DNA of 64,000 nucleotides, from the NCBI RefSeq assembly GCF_006345805.1, contig NC_043001.1, forward strand, positions 43,710,001 to 43,774,000, read 5' to 3'. Origin of the DNA: Octopus sinensis. Lineage: Eukaryota. The notes beneath the pieces are model-generated. The model worked only from the letters and a program-made list of their open reading frames with translations, was not told the DNA's origin and made no database searches. The position numbers and the translations under genes are program-made. Shown here one piece after another: positions 14,193 to 24,800 of the stretch (positions within the stretch are counted from its first letter, which is position 1; each line of letters starts with the position of its first letter).

Positions 14193-16530
14193 TACATGCA
14201 CATATATATATACATATATGTGTATATTTCACATGCACATACTAATTGTAAACAGTCATCATATTCATGCAAACAGTATATATATATCTTCTGTGATAAT
14301 ATGTTCAGACACTGAGCTGTTTATTGTTCAGAGGACTAGGGAAGTATTATTTTGCTTGGAAATAGGTGAGAGTTGGCAACAGAAAGGGTATCCAGTCATA
14401 GAGAAACCCGCCTCAATAAGTTTTGTCTGACCCATGCTAGCAGGGAAAAGTAAATTTTAAATCGATGATGGTGATGCAGATGATACTACTTGAAATTCAG
14501 TAGAATATCTTAATACTTTCATGAGAATATTTCTAATGAAATACAATGCCTAGGTATTTCAGTTCATTTTGAAAATAATGACAAATTTGTAGGTAATTTG
14601 CAAATTAACTTTATTAAGTAATATTCAGAATGCAACTGAGAGGTGTTCTTCAAGAAAATAAAGAGAGAAGGTTTTAATTTAGATATGAACATTTTTAATG
14701 GGAGACTTTGCATCATAGATCTAGAAGTAGAGTCAGGTGTATTGATATCAAAAGGATTAAGAGATTAGTTAACATTCAGATTGTAAAATGTAATGCTTAT
14801 TTGCATTCTTTTTCATTAATAATGCATTATCTTGTAGCTTTGAAACAGCGATGATGTGATTGCTTATTTTTAGAAGGACATAGACGTGGGAGGTCAGATC
14901 TGGCCACTTTAAACACAGATACAATATTTGGGTCACATGTGACCAGTTTAGATACTAAAAAGTTAAACTTCTTTGTGAGACTCATTTCAAAATTTAATTT
15001 AGATAGAAATTTATATACACAAATTTTCTACCCACACCCAGCTACTTATGTTGCTAATAGCATTTGTCTAAACACTTTAAATATGAGTTATATTATCAGT
15101 TTGACAGGAATAATAAAACACCTCTTATAAATCACTTGACTGACCTACTTATACTGATTTTTCTCATTAAACTTTGATTGAAATTTAAATATAATCTCCT
15201 TGTAAACAGTCATGGAAGTGGCACATACTTAGTTTCCTTTTCTTTTTTGAACTCATTTTGTTCTTGAACTTACTTCCAATTTTAAAAGACCCATGAAAAT
15301 TTTTCTTTGAAGTTTACTATATGAAAATATCCGTAAATGCCACAGGATAATTTTCAATCAGTAGTATTTCAGCTATGCCTTGTGGATTACAGCCCTCACT
15401 CTATGCAAAGACCAGATTAACATACAAAAGTTCAGGAAGTCCACAGTTAAAATTGAAGTGGACGCCAAATTCATTTGTAACAAAACTGAGCAAGTTATAG
15501 TAAAATTGATATAGTGGACCTATAGGATATGGTTAAAACAGGATTAAGATCATAAACAGGGGAAGAGCCAGTAGGGAAAACATGTGAAAAACACACACAC
15601 ACATCATTGTTATAACATCCACTCTTTCATGGGTTAGACAGAGTTTATTAAGGTAAATGCTCTTCCTGTTGTTAACCCTCACCAGCTAAAAAGTAAGATA
15701 ATATTTCTCCTAGCCAGATATGTTTCCATGGAATATTGGAAATGAATGACACTATTTGTATGATACTACCTAATCTACAAAAAAATATTTTGTATTTTAT
15801 GCACCCCCTCCCCGCTACTGACTTGGTCACCTAGGTAACGGAAGCTATCAACTATTTCTAGTTTTTTCCTCTGGAATGTGACAGAAGCTGTTTGCTGCAC
15901 ATTTTCAGTGTTAATTGCCCCTGAGTATTTGCCACAGACAAAAACTATCTTCCTAGTTAGCCTTCCTTTAATATTGTTGCACCTCTTATGTGTTGTTAGT
16001 TTACACTGGGTATATCTTATGGAGTTTCTACCTATGTCTTTTCTACAGATTGAGCAGGGCCATCTACCTGAAGGGATTTGTGATTTGTCTGCTTCCCTAC
16101 TTATTAAGATTTTGGTTTTTGCTAGATTGACTATAATGCCCTTCAATTCTAGACCTTGCTTCCACACCTGAAACTTCTCTACTTCTGATAGTAACTCAGC
16201 TATTAGAGCAAGGTCATCAGCATATAGAAGATCCCAGGTGTATCCTGTTTTGAATTCCTCTGTTATTGCCTGCAGGACTATGATGAATAAGAGGGGGCTG
16301 AGGACTGAACATTGGTGGACCCCTACCTGGAATTCTTCACCGTACTCGTTGCTAATCCTCACCTTACTGACAGCATCCCTGTACATGGCTTGTACAGCTC
16401 TCACTAACCCCTCATCTATCCCTAGTTTCTGCATTCTAGTACTTATTCTATCGGTCTCCTTTGCTGAACCACTAAGTTATGGGGACATAAACACACCAGC
16501 ATCGGTTGTCAAGCGATATTAGGGGTACAA

Positions 16531-16576
<46 letters not shown>

Positions 16577-16578
16577 TA

Positions 16579-16621
<43 letters not shown>

Positions 16622-18714
16622 CATATATATGACAGGCTTCTTTCAGTTTCTGTCTACCAAATCCACTCACAAGGTTTTGGTTGGCCTGTGGCCATAGTAG
16701 AAGACACTTGCCCAAGGTGCCACACAGTGGGACTGAACCCAGAACCATGTGGTTGGTAAGCAAGCTACTTACCACACAGCCACTCCTGTGCCTATAAATA
16801 TAACTATAAAGATAGATATGGCCGGTCTTGGCCATAGAGCAGCCATATCTATATCTATATACTCTACTGCTCTATAACTTAGAGTATGCCTCTCTTTCGG
16901 ATTTACAATTTACTGAATATATATATATATGTGTGTGTGTGTATATATTGAACAGAAGATTTTAAATGTGTATATATCCAAGCATTAAAGTTAGGTGGTC
17001 GGATTAAAATTCCCCTGACCTCTACTACATGTTTGGATTTGTGCTCAAATGAGAGAATACATGTAAATAATTATGTAAAAGACTTAAATAACCATCATTA
17101 TTATCCAAAGAAACCAACCAGTTGGATAAAACCAACAGCTGGATAATAGAAACCTAAATTATTGGTCTTTTGTATAATATTGATTTCTTACAAATTTCCT
17201 ACACTCTTTCCTATACAATGAAAATGTCTGTGTAATAGTAAGGTAACTCAAACTATAAATTCATATTGCAATATTCTGACATTATCAATGAGCCTGAGGG
17301 TTGGGTTGTAGCTCATGAAGGAAATTATGTAAGAGAGAGGGAAATAAAGAGTGAGATTGCATGTGTTATAAAAGATTGTGAGAGAAGGAGACTAGTAGAA
17401 GTAGAAAGATTAACCATGATATAAAGAGAGAACAATGGTGATAAGACGATATATGAAACAACAAAACAAAAAAAATATTAAAAAATAAGAGACGAGACAA
17501 AAATGGAATAGGCAAAGAGAGAGGGAAAAAGAAGGGCAATGAAGGAGTGTAGGACATAAAACCATATATCTTCAACCTCCACAGCCTGTTATCTAGAGAG
17601 ATCTGTCAAGAGGTTTTCTAGTACAATTTTATTTCCTATCAGTAAACATAAGCACTTGAGGCAACTGTCGTAATTCATTCAATACATAAATGCTACTTAA
17701 ATAATGTCTTGATATACTTCCTTACTCAATGTAAACACTTAAATTCGATGCCTACAGGAATCAAATTGTCTGTCTGTCTGTGCCTGTCTGTCTGTCTATC
17801 TATCTATTTACCTGTATGTGTGCATGCATGCATGCATGGTGTGTGTGTGTGTGTGTGTGTGCATATATCATCATTTTAATATTAACTTTTCCATGTTTGC
17901 ATGAATCACATGGAATTTATTGAGGCTATGAATGGATACCCTTCCAGTTGTCAACTCCTACCTCTTTCCAAGTAAGGTCTTATTTCCACATAGTAATGTT
18001 TTCTTGGAAGATTGGAAATGAAGGACATCACTTCTGTGATGATAACACTTGTTTTACAACTATCGTGTGATGTCAAAACAAGGAGACACACACACACACA
18101 GATGCATGTGTGTGCTTACATATGACAGGCTTCTTTCAGTTTCCAATGACCATATCCACTCGCAAAGCATTGATTGGTTTTGGCTGTAGTAAAACACACT
18201 TGCCCGGTGCTACATAGTGGGACTGAACTCAAAACCAAATAGTCAGAGAACCATATAGCTAGGAAGCAAAGTTTTGAACCATACAATCATACATGCATGT
18301 ATAGGTACAGGCATAGTGATGTGGCTAAGAAGTTTGTATTGCAACCACAGGGTTCTGGGTTCAATTCCTCCGTATGGCACCTCATGTAAGTGCTTTTTAC
18401 TATAACCCCATGCAAACAGAAAGCTTTGTGAATTTAGGCAGGACCTGAAAGAAACCCATCATGTGCATGTGTGTCTGTGTGTATGAGCATCCATGCATTT
18501 GTCTCTTTTTCTTGATATTGCACACTAATTGCAAACAAACGTTAGCATCATGAAGGTGGTGCAATTCTGTTTGCAATCTTTTGCAAAGACATATCCAGGT
18601 CAAACTAAGGGGAAATACTACTTTGCCTGGAAACAGATCAGAGATGGTAACAAAAACAGCATCCAGCTATAGAAAATCTACCTCAATGACTCCTGTCTGA
18701 CCTATGTAAGCACG

Positions 18715-18768
<54 letters not shown>

Positions 18769-18785
18769 CATATATCCATCATCAT

Positions 18786-18819
<34 letters not shown>

Positions 18820-21800
18820 ATCCATTTTCTATGCTGGTATGGGTGGGATGGTTTGACAGGAGCTGGCAAGCTAGAGGACTGCACCAAGCTCTACTGTCTT
18901 CTTTGGCATGGTTTCTATGGCTGGATGCTCTTCTTATATACTGTTGTTATTGTTTAATCCTGATCGAGTGGGCTTATTTAACCAAAGGCTTTCCAACCAT
19001 AACAACCACATTATTTTTCTTTCAGATTCACTGTTTACCGTATGTAGGACTACAATTTACCATGTTTTTCTTTTTAGAAGGTGGAGTATATAAAAGAGAT
19101 TTGACTATTATTTCTAGTAGGTTATTGGCATGATCTATTTAATTACCTCAATATGGTACTATTTGAACTGTTTTTGTGCTGATTGAAGAAAGATAATGGT
19201 GTTAACATTTGTTTAAAAAGAAAAAAAAAACTTGCAATTTTCTCTCTGTGATGATTTGAAGGTGATACAAGTGATTTTGTTCTTAGTATTCCTTTATTTT
19301 AAAATAAAACTTTACTATTAACTCTTCGAACATTTTATTTTTCATCAATGTAATAATGACATTAATATTTTTTTAAACTATAAAGCAAAGAGCTGGCAGA
19401 ATCAATAGCAGGATGGGCAAAATACTTAGTAAGATTTTGTCCGTCTTTACTTTCTGAGTTCAAATTCCACTGAGGTTGACTTTGCCTTTCATCTTTTAGG
19501 GTCGATAAGTACCAGTTGAACACTAGGGTCAATATAATCAATTTACCGTCTCCCCTGAAATTGCTGGCCTTGTGCTAAAATTTGAAACCAATATTTTTCT
19601 ATAATAATATATTCAGTCTATAACAGACACAATACTTGTACTGCACCTTGTCACTGACTCTTACATATTATGTGACACTCAAATTCTACTGTTGACAAAA
19701 TCACTTTTATCAAACAAAACTTGATCACATATTATAACTACAACATATATGAGCCAATGAAAGAACTTCTCTATAATTGTTTGACATGTCAGAAATAGCA
19801 GTCAAATCTCTCTCAAATTATATCATTCTGTCTTAAAGCTGAAAGTATATTTAGTATAGATACATTATGTCTGAATAAAAGACAGGATGATGACAGTAGC
19901 AATATCATTGGCTTAGTTAGAGCTCATCTTTGTCTTAATAACTATACTGCACTGCACTCAACTGCATTATGAACTTGAACCTGTCAACAATTCCTAATTC
20001 ATACAATGCCATGTTATTCTAATCCTGACATAAATTCCTACAATACTACATAACATCTACCAATGACTACTATTTAAACAGAAAGGCTTTTCTAGTTGTC
20101 AGGCAACATTTTTTCAATTGACATGTTATATGAATGCTACTTTTCTCGTTGAATCTCCTCAACTTATATCATTCAAATAATTGAATACAGTTGCCAAATC
20201 TGTTTCCTAAGACTTACATGCAGGGGCAATGCATTCAAGGACTGAGTGCTAGGACAAGCATTTCAATAGTAGAAATAAAAATGATTTTTTTTTTCAACCC
20301 TATAAAAATAGAAAGGAAAGAAATGAATAGTCAGATTCCAGTCAAGCCAACATGATAGCAGAATTTACCTTGGCTCTTTATATGAAACCTTGATTGAGCA
20401 GGCATTTGGTTATAAATATTTCAGCTGCAACTATCACTTTATTTTAAAGATATGGAGAACAACATTATCTATAGTATTCTTTCCTGATATACTGTAATTG
20501 GAGGTAATCTAGCTGTTATTACATGGAAAAATGCAAGCATGAAAAGTCATATTCTTAAGATTATAAACCTGGAAAAGTACAGGACAAGTTATTACACCTG
20601 GAAAAGTACAGGACAAGTTATTACACCTGTAAAAGTATTGGACAAGCTATTACTTCTAGTAAAGTAAAGAATAAGAAACTTTTTACTTAAGATATTGCAG
20701 CAAAGATTGCTAGTTCTTCTAATTTATCATTCTTTACAGTTCTCATCTTTTAAATTTATTATACAAAACTGTTCAGTTAATTTGTAAGTTTATCTAATTA
20801 GTCACTTTTTTCTGTATTAAGGTAGTAAATTAGCCAAATTCTACTTAAATAAGTATAGTGTTATTTGTAAACTATAATAAAATAATTTTTAATATTCAAA
20901 TTTTAATTTTAGCTGCAATATTTTAAGTAAAAAGTTTCTTATTCTTTACTTTACTAGAAGTAATAGCTTGTCCTATACTTTTCCAGGTGTAATAACTTGT
21001 ACTTTTCCAGGTTTATAAGCTTAAGAATATGACTTCTCATGCTTGCATTTTTCCATGTAATCCATGATTTTTTCAGGCTGTTATAAGATAATAATGTGTC
21101 AATTAATAATTTAAGATTTTACCTTATAAAATACTGAAAGATAATATTTCAATTTTTCCATGTAAGTGATGATAATATTTCGATTTTTACATGTTTAATT
21201 TAAACATATGTTGTGATTGAATTATTTGATATCACCCTTCCACACCAAATTAATGGCAGGGATTTTTACCATGTTGTTGGTTGCACCATGGCTCACCAAA
21301 AGTTACAAACAAGACCCCAAAACCATCAGTTACCAGGCTTGCTTTAAGTAACCTAATTTTGCAATATTAGGAGATCACAGGAATTCATTCACCGGAAAAA
21401 AATTTCCAATGATTCCAGGATTGGAGGGGAACCCCCCACCTCATTTTTTCTGAACCAAAATAAGAGATTTGCAGCATATTAGGACGTCAGGGTACTTGAT
21501 TCAATGCAAAAAAATCAAATTTTTTTTTCTTAGTGAAAATTGTGCAGGTAGAATATAGAAATTGACCATAATGTTGTTGTTATTTAGCCTCAAATAAACC
21601 TTGATACTGCAAACGTATCATCAAAGACATTCCTGCCTTCAGCAAACAGTCTTTTTAAGGATAATCTAAGACATTACGTACAATGGGCATGTGATTTAGG
21701 TAGGGGGATACTTTGGCTGCTACTTTTAGCATGTCAAGCGATCAGTTAGAGGCTCTTTCATTGGTTCGATTGCATGATGCAATTTTTTTACTCATATATG

Positions 21801-24800
21801 TAATATGTATATATATTATTGGCAGAAGTTAGAGAGTAAATCAAAAGCTGAGAGTTTCATGTATTGGCACTTATCAAACACAAATTTGTCCATTGTCACT
21901 CTGTAGCTTCTGACGAAATAACTTTTAAAATACAAAATTTTGTCAAAAACGTTAAGAATAAACCCTGTTCTATGTGATACATTCTACCAGTATCGCAAGT
22001 TTGAGAGTGTTTAGTTAAATAATCTGTACATCAAAGTCAACCTCGGTGAAATTTGAACTCAAAAACGTAAAGACAGATGGAATAAGCACTGATGCCAAGA
22101 AAAAAGGACATGTACACTCTGTGAAAAGGTTGGCATTAAGAAGGGCATCCAGCAATAGAAACCATACCAAAGCAGACATCAGAGCATGACACAGTCAACC
22201 GTCTTTTCAAATCCTACCAAACCATTCAAACTATACCAGCATGGAAGATAGGTGTTAAATGATAATGATGATGATGGTGGTTTACCTAATTATAGACTAT
22301 GTACTGAGAGAAAGACTTGTAGTTAACAAGAGTTTGAGCATCTACTTGATGCTACAAAAGATACAGTTAAGCGGTGTAGACATTTGGGACATGTCAAAAT
22401 AAACATAGATGTCCTTTTTTTCATTTAATATTAATCTTTCCAAGCTAGCATGGGTTTGATGGAGAATTAATTGAGGCAGATTGAAGGTTCTTCCTGTTGC
22501 CAACCATTGCCTGGTTTTTTGATTAAGGAATTTCATTATTCCACAGGTTTTCAAAAGCATAGAGGATATCTTAATGCCACAGAAGAATGTCAGTGTCAGC
22601 AGTGCTTTGCTCAAATGGTGATAGTTTGCTCAAACGGTGATTCACACACAGTTGTTTACATAGACATTTTCAGAGTTTCAATCTACCAAATTCACCCTGC
22701 CAGCTAAAAAATTTGGGGACAGAGTAGAACAAACTTTCCCAGGGTTCATTCAGTGGGACTGAATACAAAATCAAGTGGTTGTGAAGGAAACTTAATCAAA
22801 TACCCATGTCTGCACCTATATATCACCATTTTAATGTCCACTTTTCCATGCTTGCATGGATCAGACAGAATTTGTTGAGGTATATTTCCTACGGCTGGAT
22901 GCCCTTCATGTTACTAACCCTCACCTGTTTCCAAGTAAAGTAATAATTCTCTATGGTCAAATCCGTTTTCATGGAAGACTAGAAACCAAATACACAACTT
23001 GTATGACTGTTACTCAAGATAAGGAAACATAAACACATGACAAACTTCTAATTTTTACTGATAAATTCCTCTCGCAGGGGTTTGGTTGGCCTGGGGATAT
23101 AGTTGAAGATATTTGCCCCGGGAAGCACACTAAGGAACTGAACTTAAAATCATGTGAGTGGGAAACAAACTTCTAAATTGCACAGCCATTATACATACAT
23201 ACATATATCCACAGCACACACTATGGGCTTCTTCCAGTTTCTATCTACTGAATTACACACACAAAGCACTGGTGAACCTGTAACTATTTTAGAAGGCACC
23301 AGTTCACAGAGTTTACAGTGAGGATGAACCCTAAACTGCATGATTTCAAAGTCAACTTTTCAAACACACAGCCACACCTGTCAATATTCTAAAATTGAAA
23401 AACATTCTGAAATAACCAAATTTAACAGATTAGGAAAAAATTAATTAATTAATGATAAAAAAAATCTTTCTCAAGTCATTTGAGGTAACTTAAAATATAC
23501 TAACAATTTTCTTTGTAGCAAACATGTAGTTGTCCTTGATCTCAAAATCTTCAACTCCTGATATAAGGGCCTGTTGACTTCCTAAGAAAAAGTTTGTTGA
23601 AAGAACAACAGTACTGTGACCATTGGGTTCTATCCGTTCCACGTAGATATTGTTGGGATTATCATATTTCCCTTGGCCCCTATAATGAAGGAAAAATAAA
23701 AAGACATTGAATCAAGTAATAGGTTTGTTCATGCGAACATGAAATAACTGCTAATATTTTTTTACGTAAAATGATATACATTATGATAAAGCAACAATCT
23801 GAGAGGGAAAAGAGAAATCTGTTCAATGATGGAATCCAAAAGATCATATATTTTGAGGGAGTGAGATGTCAATTTCATTAACCCTGGTACTTGACTAATA
23901 CTTATTTCCTTGATCACAGAAAGATAAAAGAAAAATTGACTTGGTTTACAACTATAAATCATTTAGTCCAGTGCGATTGTTTTAACTGTCTCCATTGCCA
24001 TATCAGTAATATTGATATTAATAAAAAAAAATATTTTCTTTGATATAAACAATGATGCAAGAAACATTTAATATTTACTTGGTACAGTCAATATGAAGCC
24101 AGATTGCTTTTAATTCATTCTGTTGCAAGAATTTAGACTAGATCCTAGTTTTCTCAACAATTATGTTTTTCCTGTAAACATTGACACAGGCATAAGCCAT
24201 AACAAATTCACCAGTTTGTGAGTGTTTACATATTATAGGCAATGCCTTCATATTTTTGATTCGACAAAAAAAATTACTAGATTCTTGACAGTTATGCAAA
24301 AATTGCCTTTACTTTTTAGTTGCTTATTGTTACTGAAATAAATACCATAAGATACTGGTATTTTATAACTCACTATACCTCTCTCTTTACAAAAAGGATT
24401 TTTCAACTGCAAAAGAAATCCTTGCTCAAGAATTAATAATAAAATAACATTTTAAACTAAGATTTAACAATCTGAAATGCTTAATATGTTGAAATATTTC
24501 ATTGATAGTCTTAGGTTACTATCCTGTCTCAGAAATTGATTGTCTTACTAAATCTAAATCACTCATTTTTTATCACAGTTATATTTTATGATATTATATG
24601 TATGATGTAGTTAGATTATTCTTTGGTTAAGAAAGTAGCCCAAATGTGAAGTCTGAACTTGCTGATAATATATAACATTCATGTAAAACCAATCATCTCA
24701 TCTGTTTCTCCTCTTACTTCATTTCTATTTATGTCTCACTCATAATAAGCATTTAATAAGATCATTCCACTCAAGAACTTGGGAACTCCTTACCAGTCCA

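Noticed and set aside
20568-20654. 29-bp direct repeats as a CRISPR-like array
   Set aside because: The units are contiguous with no spacers, the context is eukaryotic, and they are part of a TIR.
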